From a phage, in sequence record PZ452583.1: a stretch of DNA of 64,000 bases; one strand, written 5' to 3'. A program made the translations under genes and the position numbers. Below the pieces are notes generated by a model. The model saw only the letters and a list, made by a program, of their open reading frames with translations, ran no database searches and was not told where the DNA came from. Numbering within the stretch: position 1 is the first letter of the stretch; every line of letters begins with the position of its first letter. Below are positions 27,331 through 36,537 of the stretch, one piece after another.

Positions 27331-27338
27331 GTTATTCT

Positions 27339-27377
27339 CCTCTTAACTGATAGAAAAATTATACCACAGTCAAGAGG
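27339..27377 (-). promoter_or_regulatory. regB: Hairpin enclosing the regB early promoter -10; its 3' arm contains the regB SD (AAGAGGAG)
   Basis: Arms CCTCTTGACTG / CAGTTAAGAGG pair at 11 positions including one G-U; loop carries TATAAT. Confidence 0.6.
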
Positions 27378-27387
27378 AAAAGTAAAC
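27358..27387 (-). promoter_or_regulatory. T4-type early promoter for regB (GTTTAC, 18 bp, TATAAT)
   Basis: Read on minus strand 28 bp upstream of regB ATG. Confidence 0.65.
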
Positions 27388-27389
27388 AG

Positions 27390-27668
27390 TTATTCTTTAA
27401 ATCTAATCAATTTATTCATAGACTTTGAAACTTCTGCACGAACCTCATGTAAGTTTTTAAGCTGTTCAAGACGCTGCTCATAGTAAGCAATTTCATCTTC
27501 TTCGAGACAGTCCTGTGAATCTTCTTTAAGATAACGTGCATAGTCCTGAAAAGCTTTACGGACTACTTCCTGGAAGTCATCAAGACTTTGAATTTTCTTA
27601 GGAGCGGCAGATACACGACGAGGTGCAGTATAATACTCATAACCAAACCCTGCACTTAATTGAGCCAT
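27390..27668 (-). CDS. Hypothetical protein, 92 aa (vs.3 position)
   Basis: ORF-track start is GTG at 27710; ATG 27668 overlaps upstream stop (TAATG). Confidence 0.5.
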   Translation of the reverse strand: MAQLSAGFGYEYYTAPRRVSAAPKKIQSLDDFQEVVRKAFQDYARYLKEDSQDCLEEDEIAYYEQRLEQLKNLHEVRAEVSKSMNKLIRFKE

Positions 27669-27934
27669 TAGTATTTTTCCTCTGGTTGGAACACTGCACG
27701 ACAAGCCCACATACTGGCTTCTTTGAGTTTCGTTTTAGCAATAGTTAACTGATCGAGGCTTTCAGCATAATTCTTCGCGAGTTCATCATCTTCACAATTA
27801 TCTAGTGCTTCCCAGAATTCATCGTATAAAGCGTCAAAGATAAGTCCTAAACGAACTTCAGCGTCTTTAATAGCATTCACTTTACCGATTTTCTCTTCAG
27901 TATGCGGCTTATAACCTTTAATGTCTTCAATCAT
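27668..27934 (-). CDS. Hypothetical helical protein, 88 aa, at the T4 vs.4 position (possible Acb2-like)
   Basis: ORF-track start is TTG at 27970; ATG 27934 has SD GAGGA; Acb2 suggestion is synteny-only and rests on my recollection that T4 Acb2 is vs.4. Confidence 0.45.
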   Translation of the reverse strand: MIEDIKGYKPHTEEKIGKVNAIKDAEVRLGLIFDALYDEFWEALDNCEDDELAKNYAESLDQLTIAKTKLKEASMWACRAVFQPEEKY

Positions 27935-28148
27935 ATTTGACTTCCTCACCAGTACATAAATCATATTCAACTAAACGAATAGGTTCATGAATGCCATATC
28001 CTTGAACAGAAATTTCTGTCGTAGGATAAATTCCATCAATATCACCCATATTCCAGGCTTCATTAAATTGCTGTTCGCCTGAATTACTAAACCACTCGGC
28101 GAAAGCATTTAGCACATCTTTAGAACCTTCAATAATTATCTTTGCCAT
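27927..28148 (-). CDS. Hypothetical protein, 73 aa
   Basis: ATG verified. Confidence 0.5.
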   Translation of the reverse strand: MAKIIIEGSKDVLNAFAEWFSNSGEQQFNEAWNMGDIDGIYPTTEISVQGYGIHEPIRLVEYDLCTGEEVKYD

Positions 28149-28510
28149 TACAAACTCTCAGTAAAGGTACGAGCAATAACGTCGCGCTGCTGTTCCGGAG
28201 TCAGAGAGTTAAAGCGAACTGCATAACCTGATACACGGATGGTCAGCTGCGGATATTTTTCCGGATGCTTAACTGCATCTTCCAGAGTTTCACGACGCAG
28301 AACGTTAACGTTCAGGTGTTGACCACCTTCAATTTTAACTGTAGGCTGTTGCTCAATTTCAATTTCACGGGCATGCAAACCATAGAAAATTTCTGGGTCT
28401 ACAAAAGAGTCCTCTTTAAAGGTTTTAGAGACAATAATTCGTGCTTGAATACCATCTTCAAAATAAATAGTACCTTTATGTGTGCCTTCAAGAATTTGAT
28501 ATGCTTTCAT
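28148..28510 (-). CDS. Autonomous glycyl-radical cofactor (GrcA/YfiD-like; T4 Y06I-like)
   Basis: 120 aa; C-terminal glycyl-radical signature RVSGYAVRF; a T4 YfiD homologue (Y06I) is known. Confidence 0.85.
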   Translation of the reverse strand: MKAYQILEGTHKGTIYFEDGIQARIIVSKTFKEDSFVDPEIFYGLHAREIEIEQQPTVKIEGGQHLNVNVLRRETLEDAVKHPEKYPQLTIRVSGYAVRFNSLTPEQQRDVIARTFTESL

Positions 28511-28517
28511 ATAAACC

Positions 28518-28847
28518 TCAATTAGAAAATAAATTTATCCAAGATTGTTCTTTAATTAAAAATGGCTCAGAATCATATGCCATTAAACTTTGGGTGATTA
28601 GTCCTTTAAAAGGCCCATCAATAAATTCCATGGTAAAATATGGAATTTTATTCATTAGCCGTGCATTAGGAGCAGTACACAAAACTCTGCATCCTTTGAA
28701 TACGCCTTTTTGTAATTTGTATTGCTTGGGATAAAATTCGCTCAAAATGTTATTATTTGCTAAAATTTCAAAATGATTCACCAATTTATTTTTAATAGTT
28801 TTTGGCGAAAAATAAAGATATTCGAAAAGCTGAGTGTCTGTCATCAT
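28518..28847 (-). CDS. Hypothetical protein, 109 aa
   Basis: ATG 28847 forms ATGA overlap with upstream stop; alternative ATG 28898 would overlap the upstream gene by 55 nt. Confidence 0.45.
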   Translation of the reverse strand: MMTDTQLFEYLYFSPKTIKNKLVNHFEILANNNILSEFYPKQYKLQKGVFKGCRVLCTAPNARLMNKIPYFTMEFIDGPFKGLITQSLMAYDSEPFLIKEQSWINLFSN

Positions 28848-29440
28848 TGCATTCCGATTACGAAAAACTGTGGACGAGTAATACCACCAATGCAACATTT
28901 ACTATTGCAGCAGTGTTGCACAGTTTCAATATGAATATCGTAAATTTTATCCATATCAGGAGATTTAACAGGCTCATCAATTATATACAAAATTCGTGAA
29001 AGCGATAAACCTCTGAACTTGCTACCTCTATTACCAATAAAACTGCGCACAGAATCAGTAAATAAACGAAAACGTATATCATCATTAGAATAACGCGAAA
29101 ATTCCTTTTTAATGTTATTTGCAGAAATTTTAGCGTAAGCTGAAGTATTAGATAGAACAATAACTGTTCCGCCATCATACAGCCAATTAGCAGCAAAGTT
29201 AGTCACAGCAATTGATTTACCGGATTGACGTCCACCATCTATACGAAGTGTACAGTACTGTTTAAGTAATTCTTCAAATGGCGGGATATATTCGTTTTTA
29301 CAAATTTCTTCTACTCTAGCATCAGAATGGTGTGTAAAAGCATTCATCAGGGATAGATACGGGCCAGTTAAAAATGTTCTCATATTTTCTCTCTTAATTT
29401 TTGGGCCATTCCATGGCACATGAGTTGTCCATTCCTGCAT
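28844..29440 (-). CDS. Small P-loop NTPase-like protein, 198 aa (alternative start ATG 29383)
   Basis: Walker A GGRQSGKS and Walker B-like YIIDEP. Confidence 0.55.
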   Translation of the reverse strand: MQEWTTHVPWNGPKIKRENMRTFLTGPYLSLMNAFTHHSDARVEEICKNEYIPPFEELLKQYCTLRIDGGRQSGKSIAVTNFAANWLYDGGTVIVLSNTSAYAKISANNIKKEFSRYSNDDIRFRLFTDSVRSFIGNRGSKFRGLSLSRILYIIDEPVKSPDMDKIYDIHIETVQHCCNSKCCIGGITRPQFFVIGMQ

Positions 29441-29518
29441 TACCCATTACCGCGCTTTGGCTCGACCTTATCACAGGTTGGCGGGAATACCTCAAATGAG
29501 GTCCAGGCTGTTCCCATA

Positions 29519-29992
29519 TTATTTGAACGATTTAACGTACTGAATAGAACCCTTACTATTCACAAAGGCAATTTTACCATTTTTATTATACATGGTAGCA
29601 GTACGCTGATAACCATAGGTTTGTTTACCAGATTGATAACCAACTAATGCAAAATTATCTTCACCCATTTTATTCTGTTTAGCGCGAATGCGTTCATGAC
29701 CATGTGCCATAAGAACCTTAGCATCACCAGTTGCAATGGATCGACGAGTTTTTTCATCTTCAACTGTATTAACAAAGTCGTCAAATGAATCAAATTTAGC
29801 ATGAGATTTATTATACAGTTTTCCATCTACTGCATAATTATATCCTTGTACATCCATCTCAACTTCTGTACCATCATCCAATACAGCAGTGATTTTTTGA
29901 CCTTTTTTAAATTTCAAAAGATCAGTAAAAGATTCAGCAATAATTTGAGAATTAATAGCTGCTTCAGTAATAAATTCTTGATATGTTTTCAT
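29519..29992 (-). CDS. Internal-protein-like capsid-packaged protein, 157 aa
   Basis: N-terminus MKTYQEFITEA is the T4 IP capsid-targeting sequence with a gp21-protease-type cleavage motif; 9 bp downstream of denV. Confidence 0.7.
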   Translation of the reverse strand: MKTYQEFITEAAINSQIIAESFTDLLKFKKGQKITAVLDDGTEVEMDVQGYNYAVDGKLYNKSHAKFDSFDDFVNTVEDEKTRRSIATGDAKVLMAHGHERIRAKQNKMGEDNFALVGYQSGKQTYGYQRTATMYNKNGKIAFVNSKGSIQYVKSFK

Positions 29993-30001
29993 GGGTTTCC
30001 T

Positions 30002-30418
30002 TTAAATGTAAATATTTTTACCGTAATACTTATACCAATGTGGTTTCATTAAAATTTTTTCATCAAGTCGTTGTTGACTCAATTTAATAGCTGATTTGCA
30101 TGGATTATAATCATTTTTCCATTCTACTGGAATATCGCTGATGTCAGGAACTTCAGTATCTTTTATACTGAACCCGCGTTTTAAGCATTCCGTTATAATG
30201 TCTAATTGACGCTTTCGCAAAAATTCTAACTTATCGTAAAAGAACGTAACATGACCAGAACCTAAAATAAACTCGGAAGATATTTTAAAATCTTTAACGC
30301 GCTTACCGTTTGCCACATGCTTACGAACTATACCAAAAACACGCGGCAATTCACGGTATTCTGCGATTAAATGTTGATCAGCAAGTTCAGATACTAAAGT
30401 CAAATTAATACGAGTCAT
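30002..30418 (-). CDS. denV: Endonuclease V (pyrimidine-dimer DNA glycosylase), diverged from T4
   Basis: 138 aa; [29 protein letters not shown]... matches T4 DenV N-terminus, C-terminal half diverged. Confidence 0.9.
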   Translation of the reverse strand: MTRINLTLVSELADQHLIAEYRELPRVFGIVRKHVANGKRVKDFKISSEFILGSGHVTFFYDKLEFLRKRQLDIITECLKRGFSIKDTEVPDISDIPVEWKNDYNPCKSAIKLSQQRLDEKILMKPHWYKYYGKNIYI

Positions 30419-30443
30419 TTTATCCCTCCAATTAACTGTGAAT

Positions 30444-30473
30444 ATACTATCACAATTCTAGGAGAAAGTAAAC
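30444..30473 (-). promoter_or_regulatory. T4-type early promoter upstream of denV (GTTTAC, 18 bp, TAGTAT)
   Basis: Read on minus strand; -10 flanked by TGTGA / TCACA inverted repeat. Confidence 0.55.
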
Positions 30474-30477
30474 AACT

Positions 30478-31446
<969 letters not shown>

Positions 31447-31465
<19 letters not shown>

Positions 31466-31935
31466 TCAGTGATAAAGTTATTTAAATTTTGAGTATATTT
31501 CTTTTCATCAAAAATCTTTTGCTGTCTGCGTAACCGCCATGGCATTTCAATGAACACGCACCATATCCCAGATAATATTGCTGCTGTAAAAATATTAACA
31601 AGTATGGTTAAAAGAATCCAATCTCCTATTCTGTCCATTGGATTTTTTATAAAAAAGTAAAATACGAATGATGTCACAGGAAGACTAATAATATACCACA
31701 GAATCATAATTTTATCTGTGAACCAATCAGCGTTCGTTAACTTAGCGCGACCATTATGAATACATACGAACTTATCATCTGTTATAGTAGATGGCTTAGC
31801 TGCTTGATATCCCATTCTAAACTCCCTAATTAACATTTTTTTCATATCTTCGGAACAGCCACTCCAGTCAACTCTATCAACTGAAATGCCATCATCCCCA
31901 TCATCTAAATCATACCAGCGAGTTTTTAAAATCAT
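31447..31935 (-). CDS. Membrane protein, 162 aa; first of four tandem ORFs sharing a C-terminal F-x-x-E-C-R-K-type motif
   Basis: ATG verified; two hydrophobic helices; C-terminus NNFITECRKLK. Confidence 0.55.
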
Positions 31936-32306
31936 TTAATTTTCCTACAATCACTCACAAACTCTTCCATTGATTCTTTTTCAATATAAGACATGTAGCT
32001 ATTATATTCCTTTAATTGTATTTTGTAATCCTTTTTTCTTTGCCAATTTATTTTAAAATTATCATAATGAAAATATAACATTGTACCAAAGAATGAAAAT
32101 AATGAAATCGCTATAGTATAATGAAGTTCACTCCAAACTTCTATTATATCTATTATACCGCTGACGTTACTACGGATGTTTAAAATAAAACAGTCAATTA
32201 ACAATCCAATAAGACTACCTGCAAGAGCTGCAAATGCTGATACGGCAAGAATTAATAGTGCCTCTGGAAACGAATATTTAACTTTATTTAGTTTTGGCTT
32301 TTGCAT
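31932..32306 (-). CDS. Small membrane protein, 124 aa (family member)
   Basis: ATG verified; TM hairpin; C-terminus EEFVSDCRKIK. Confidence 0.55.
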   Translation of the reverse strand: MQKPKLNKVKYSFPEALLILAVSAFAALAGSLIGLLIDCFILNIRSNVSGIIDIIEVWSELHYTIAISLFSFFGTMLYFHYDNFKINWQRKKDYKIQLKEYNSYMSYIEKESMEEFVSDCRKIK

Positions 32307-32680
32307 CGTGATTCCTTAACAAATTTCATAATTTCATCAAATTCATACGCAGCAAGTTTAAGCTGGTGTTCATTTTTAATCTTTTTACACTGAGCTTTCC
32401 ATTCGCGTACGCGTTTACGATAATGTCTTCCTTGATACCAGTATCCTACCCAATTTATAGGTACTAATAAAAATGGAACTACTAATGGAAGAATTAATAC
32501 TAACAGAAATATTACGCCAGATTCAATATCAGTCATAAAGTCTATAATCATTCCAACAATCAATAGAATTACAAATGATATAGCTGTCACAGGACCTATT
32601 AATACATCAGTAGAAATTAGCTGGCGCTTTAATTCATACTTTAAGGGTTTACTTGGAAGATACATTGATGGCTTTGACAT
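32288..32680 (-). CDS. Small membrane protein, 130 aa (family member)
   Basis: ATG verified; TM hairpin; C-terminus MKFVKESRCKSQN. Confidence 0.55.
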   Translation of the reverse strand: MSKPSMYLPSKPLKYELKRQLISTDVLIGPVTAISFVILLIVGMIIDFMTDIESGVIFLLVLILPLVVPFLLVPINWVGYWYQGRHYRKRVREWKAQCKKIKNEHQLKLAAYEFDEIMKFVKESRCKSQN

Positions 32681-33257
32681 ATTCTCTGCATTCCTTCACA
32701 AATTTTTCTAGTAATAAATCGCTTTCAAAATTGGGATTTTCTACGAATTTATCAAAAAGATCATCAACAATAGTTAAGATATTCTTTTTACTAAGAATAC
32801 GTTTATTTTCATGCTTCGTTTCAGAATCAACTATAAGAGTAAAGAAATATTTCTTGCCCTGAAATTTTACAGTAGTATCAATATAAAATAAATTTGACTT
32901 TTGTAAATTACGTTTAAACCGTGCATCACTTAAACTATAAACGCCAAGATAATCATAATCGTCGTTTAAATAACAGACCGTCCATTCAGGAGAAACAAAA
33001 TCAGTAAATTCAACGTCAAAATCGCATGTTAATAAATGAATTGATTCAATACTGTTAATAAGTATTCCAGGACGTATTAAAGACTTTTTACCTCTAGAAA
33101 ATCCTCTAGAAAGACTTTCATCAGTTTCATATGAAGAACCCCAATAATAATTACGTCCTTCTGCCATACGTTTAAGAGCATTTAATAATTGATCTGGAAC
33201 ATCAACCTGTCTTTGGAACTCTTCAAACATTGAATTGAAATCACTTTGCATTTTCAT
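32649..33257 (-). CDS. Hypothetical protein, 202 aa (family member by C-terminus)
   Basis: ATG verified; C-terminal EKFVKECREYVK. Confidence 0.55.
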   Translation of the reverse strand: MKMQSDFNSMFEEFQRQVDVPDQLLNALKRMAEGRNYYWGSSYETDESLSRGFSRGKKSLIRPGILINSIESIHLLTCDFDVEFTDFVSPEWTVCYLNDDYDYLGVYSLSDARFKRNLQKSNLFYIDTTVKFQGKKYFFTLIVDSETKHENKRILSKKNILTIVDDLFDKFVENPNFESDLLLEKFVKECREYVKAINVSSK

Positions 33258-33277
33258 TCCTACTTACTCCAAGTAAT

Positions 33278-33293
33278 AGGGGCCGAAGCCCCT
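33278..33293 (-). other. Tetraloop hairpin (AGGGGC-UUCG-GCCCCU) between ORFs
   Basis: 6-bp stem read in sequence; no U-run. Confidence 0.4.
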
Positions 33294-33298
33294 TATCA

Positions 33299-33892
33299 TT
33301 ATTTCAGAGAATTAATATATTCCTGAACATCGGCAGAGGTAGTTTCAACCCCAGAAATATTGCCATTAAAGGTTTCAACTCGGGCAAGAGTATCTTCAAT
33401 ATCAACCTTAGTCAGCGCTGCAATTTCAACTACATCATCAGCAGTACTAATTCCGAGGGCATTCGCAGCACGAGTTTCACGGATATATTCCAATTTAACT
33501 GCAAGTTCTTGGCGAGCATCATCTAACTCAACTACTTTCTTGGCAATTTCAATTCGCATTTCAGCATAACCATCAGCTTTAGTAGTCAACTGCTCAGCTG
33601 TTCGACGATATAGTAAACCGAGTTTAGCATGCATTGTTACATCTTGACCTTCAGAAAGAAGCTTGCGAATTTCACGCTCTTTTGATTCGGCCTGCTTATT
33701 CTTTTCGACAATAAGTTCACGAATACGCTTTTCTTCATTAATAGATTTAACAGAAGCAGTTTTTAGATCTTTAATCTTATCAAGTAGTTTTGCTGCCGCA
33801 GCAGTATACTGTTCTTCAACAGATAGATTTTTAGCCATAGCAGAACCAAGTTTAGTGCGAATAAACTCAACAATTTTCTTCAGCATGTTCAT
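33299..33892 (-). CDS. Coiled-coil protein, 197 aa, possible PspA/IM30-like fold
   Basis: All-helical heptad-rich sequence; local resemblance to E. coli PspA ([12 protein letters not shown] vs DDTLARMKKEI); weak. Confidence 0.55.
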   Translation of the reverse strand: MNMLKKIVEFIRTKLGSAMAKNLSVEEQYTAAAAKLLDKIKDLKTASVKSINEEKRIRELIVEKNKQAESKEREIRKLLSEGQDVTMHAKLGLLYRRTAEQLTTKADGYAEMRIEIAKKVVELDDARQELAVKLEYIRETRAANALGISTADDVVEIAALTKVDIEDTLARVETFNGNISGVETTSADVQEYINSLK

Positions 33893-33966
33893 AGCATTTC
33901 CTTTAGTTAATTAAGGGTTTTATAATCCGTGGGAGTATTATACTCTACTCCCAAGAGTTTGTAAAC

Positions 33967-34299
33967 TTATTCTTCGTCCAATTCATCAATAAATTTATCG
34001 ATACTACTATTAATAGACTCATCAATGATTAACAAAGCATCATCATCCATAATATTAATATTTTCTAAAGCATCAATATAAGCTTGATTGACTGTAGACC
34101 ATGCCCTTTGAAAATATGGGGCTTCATCATCAGGACTGAACCAACGCACACCTTCAAAGATACGTTTGGCATAATCTAACACCCATTGTACAGGCATGTT
34201 TTGAGAGCGTTCATTAAACTCTTCAAAGTCCTTAGATTCAAAAAGCTCTTCAGGATAATAATTTCTATTACAAAAAGCTTTACTAAAGTTGCGTTTCAT
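33967..34299 (-). CDS. Hypothetical acidic protein, 110 aa
   Basis: ATG verified. Confidence 0.5.
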   Translation of the reverse strand: MKRNFSKAFCNRNYYPEELFESKDFEEFNERSQNMPVQWVLDYAKRIFEGVRWFSPDDEAPYFQRAWSTVNQAYIDALENINIMDDDALLIIDESINSSIDKFIDELDEE

Positions 34300-34355
34300 A
34301 ATGTTCTCCTCAAAGTTATAGGCTCATAATATCTCAATCATGAGCCTGTGTAAAC

Positions 34356-34619
34356 TTATTTCATATTATTGAAATATTCTTCAGCAATTTCATCATTATC
34401 ATGATAAACTTTAGAAGACAGTTTAACATAACTTTCAGCAGTGAACATGTTAATCACAACCTTTACAGTATACCACTGACCGTCTTCATTACCCATTACT
34501 GCGTAAGTTTCAAACATCGGATGATCAGGACCGATAACTTTAATATCATTCACTGTACGACCAAAATCTTCTGAAACACATTTCATAAAGAAGTTGAACA
34601 GTTCACCATAATTATCCAT
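34356..34619 (-). CDS. Hypothetical protein, 87 aa
   Basis: ORF-track 5' extension is promoter read-through; ATG 34619 with SD GGAG. Confidence 0.5.
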   Translation of the reverse strand: MDNYGELFNFFMKCVSEDFGRTVNDIKVIGPDHPMFETYAVMGNEDGQWYTVKVVINMFTAESYVKLSSKVYHDNDEIAEEYFNNMK

Positions 34620-34662
34620 TTCATTCTCCAAGTTGTTTTCTGTATCAGTAGTTGATAGTTGT

Positions 34663-34692
34663 ATAGTACCATGGAAGGACAAGGATGTAAAC
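34663..34692 (-). promoter_or_regulatory. T4-type early promoter (GTTTAC, 18 bp, TACTAT)
   Basis: Read on minus strand; same downstream ACAACTATCAACTAC block as the 17967 and 19406 copies. Confidence 0.6.
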
Positions 34693-34824
34693 CGTTTTGT
34701 GAAAAAAATTTTTAAAAAGTTTTGGGGAATTCTAGGGCAGGGAGGGGAAATCAAAGGATAGGATAATATATTATAAAGGGTAGAAACTAAATGATGTCTA
34801 GAGAGGCCTGGAAAGGCCTAGATA

Positions 34825-34853
34825 CCAAAAAGCCCCAACCTTTCGGCTAGGGC
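34825..34853 (-). terminator. Rho-independent terminator (AGCCCUA-loop-UGGGGCU then UUUUU) downstream of the IP-like gene
   Basis: Stem and U-run read in sequence; part of a ~36-bp direct repeat with 35377-35412. Confidence 0.65.
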
Positions 34854-34861
34854 TAAGAATG

Positions 34862-35335
34862 TTATTTGATTTGTTTAGCAGACCAAATGCGGTCTTTAAT
34901 AATTTTTTGGATGTCTTCAACATACTCAAGAGAGTGAGCATGTGGGTTATCTTTGAAACTATAAGCACGAGCTAGCTTTTGGCCTTCAGTTTTGATTACT
35001 AAAAGCTCTTTAAGGATAGCTTCATATTTGGAGATAATTCCTTTAACAATATTTTTCTCTTGTGCGACTTTAGGATCTGCTTTAGGAGCAGGTTTACCTG
35101 AAGCCTTTGCAAAAGCAGCGCCAGTAGCAACTAAACTTTTCCAGGCCATACTAACAGCATTCCCCGTAAATCCTTCTGCTTTCATGTCGCGAGCAAATTG
35201 GAATCGTGATTCATCAGAAGCATCTTTATAGGAATATTTACCCGCTGCAATGGCTGCTTTTGCGACAGCTTGAATTTCGGTGCTAGACGCTTCATTTAAC
35301 ACCGCTTCATTTAAAAATTGAGCATATGATTTCAT
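34862..35335 (-). CDS. Internal-protein-like capsid-packaged protein, 157 aa, in a repeat-flanked cassette
   Basis: N-terminus MKSYAQFLNEA resembles the IP capsid-targeting sequence; own late promoter; near-identical terminator hairpins on both sides. Confidence 0.65.
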   Translation of the reverse strand: MKSYAQFLNEAVLNEASSTEIQAVAKAAIAAGKYSYKDASDESRFQFARDMKAEGFTGNAVSMAWKSLVATGAAFAKASGKPAPKADPKVAQEKNIVKGIISKYEAILKELLVIKTEGQKLARAYSFKDNPHAHSLEYVEDIQKIIKDRIWSAKQIK

Positions 35336-35371
35336 CTTATTTCCTGTTTTAATTTGTAGATTTAATATACT

Positions 35372-35379
35372 TATTTATA
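35372..35379 (-). promoter_or_regulatory. Late promoter TATAAATA for the IP-like gene
   Basis: Exact TATAAATA on minus strand about 37 nt upstream of ATG 35335. Confidence 0.6.
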
Positions 35380-35380
35380 C

Positions 35381-35409
35381 TAAAAAGCCCCAACCTTTCG
35401 GCTGGGGCT
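35381..35409 (-). terminator. Rho-independent terminator (AGCCCCA-loop-UGGGGCU then UUUUU) upstream of the IP-like gene
   Basis: 7-bp stem and U-run read in sequence; near-identical to the 34825-34853 copy. Confidence 0.65.
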
Positions 35410-35439
35410 AAGCCTTGCGGCAACCTTGTCGGGGTTCCA

Positions 35440-35610
35440 CCTGCTAAGGCAAGTGTTTGTACGAAACGCCGGGATTCGAACCCGGTTATCAAGCAGTTGA
35501 CGCTACTCAATATTTTTAAAAGGCCATATCTCGACCATATCCGAACGTTCCGTCAAAAACGCTACTCGGCTTACGGCAAAGATATTTCCTCGAATCGATA
35601 ATTCGGTGCG
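35440..35610 (-). ncRNA. Candidate structured small RNA with a tRNA-like T-arm (possible counterpart of T4 stable RNAs rnaC/rnaD); boundaries approximate
   Basis: About 300 nt without an ORF; contains CCGGG-TTCGAAT-CCCGG followed by a 7-nt strand complementary to upstream AGAAACG; no canonical cloverleaf could be drawn. Confidence 0.3.
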
Positions 35611-35720
35611 CCGTTTCTGCTGTGATATAAGGGGACATTAACAAAACATAAAGATTTATTAATGCCAGTCCTTAAACAGGGAACATCAGTCCGACGACTT
35701 ACCGGTAGCGACCCGGTTTC

Positions 35721-36071
35721 TTAATATTCTTTTAAAGCATCAATCTGTTCACGGCGTTTACGCCATAAATCAATTGCTTCATACGCAGATTCAGCATTTC
35801 GAATTAGCCGGCATTTATGTAAAGACTTATGATTTTGATATTGTGTAGATAATGGAATTGTATCTAAAAGGTCTTTACGATCAAAGTATTCGTAACCATC
35901 TAAACCAAATGAACGATTTTTGAGAAATTGCCAATGGCCAAATTCATTTTCAACATAAACATAATCTGCATGCTGATAAAGTAAATTAATTACACGTTCA
36001 GAAATAACAGTATCATTATGATTAAAATAGAATGTTAAATCATGAACTACTAAATAAACATTACCTTTCAT
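35721..36071 (-). CDS. Hypothetical protein, 116 aa
   Basis: ATG verified; between tRNA-Arg and the candidate small RNA. Confidence 0.55.
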   Translation of the reverse strand: MKGNVYLVVHDLTFYFNHNDTVISERVINLLYQHADYVYVENEFGHWQFLKNRSFGLDGYEYFDRKDLLDTIPLSTQYQNHKSLHKCRLIRNAESAYEAIDLWRKRREQIDALKEY

Positions 36072-36089
36072 ATTTTCCTCACTTATAAT

Positions 36090-36165
36090 TGGTCGAGGCA
36101 GTAGGGATCGAACCTACGACCTAGGACTTAGAAGGTCCTTGCTCTTCCTTCTGAGCTATGCCCCG
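36090..36165 (-). tRNA. tRNA-Arg (anticodon TCT)
   Basis: Hand-folded cloverleaf, 76 nt, CCA encoded; anticodon loop CTTCTAA; T-loop GGTTCGATCC. Confidence 0.85.
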
Positions 36166-36169
36166 TAAT

Positions 36170-36245
36170 TGGGGTGACCGATGGGAGTCGAACCCATGAC
36201 TACGAGAATCACAATCTCGAGTTCTACCAACTGAACTACGGCCAC
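36170..36245 (-). tRNA. tRNA-His (anticodon GTG); no encoded G(-1)
   Basis: Hand-folded cloverleaf, 76 nt; anticodon loop TTGTGAT; CCA encoded. Confidence 0.8.
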
Positions 36246-36359
36246 ATTAATATCTACTCCAACAATCATGATGTCTTCACACGAAATTAAGAGAAGAGTG
36301 ATCAGTTAAACCCTTATAATCGCGTCAAGTAGATATTAATGTGACAGTTGTCACAAATT

Positions 36360-36434
36360 TGGCGGACGTGATAGGATTCGAACCTATAACCAATCGCTTA
36401 ACAGGCGATCGCTCTGCCATTGAGCTACACATCC
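36360..36434 (-). tRNA. tRNA-Asn (anticodon GTT)
   Basis: Hand-folded cloverleaf, 75 nt; anticodon loop CTGTTAA; CCA encoded. Confidence 0.8.
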
Positions 36435-36438
36435 AAAT

Positions 36439-36525
36439 TGGTGGGGAGTGGTGGAGTCGAACCACCCGAGTCGCAATGACAATGAATTTACAGTCCACAC
36501 CGCTACCTCTACGGGATAACTCCCC
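36439..36525 (-). tRNA. tRNA-Tyr (anticodon GTA), long variable arm
   Basis: 87 nt; acceptor GGGGAGT/ACTCCCC; anticodon loop CTGTAAA; CCA encoded. Confidence 0.75.
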
Positions 36526-36537
36526 TAATTCATAATT

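Noticed and set aside
34356-34754. Long N-terminal extensions in the ORF track (also 17411..17998, 18403..19437, 39425..39670, 13981..15033)
   Set aside because: The extra codons translate straight through an early promoter (GTTTAC ... TATAAT) and the SD; the real start is the first ATG after the SD, so the genes were trimmed.
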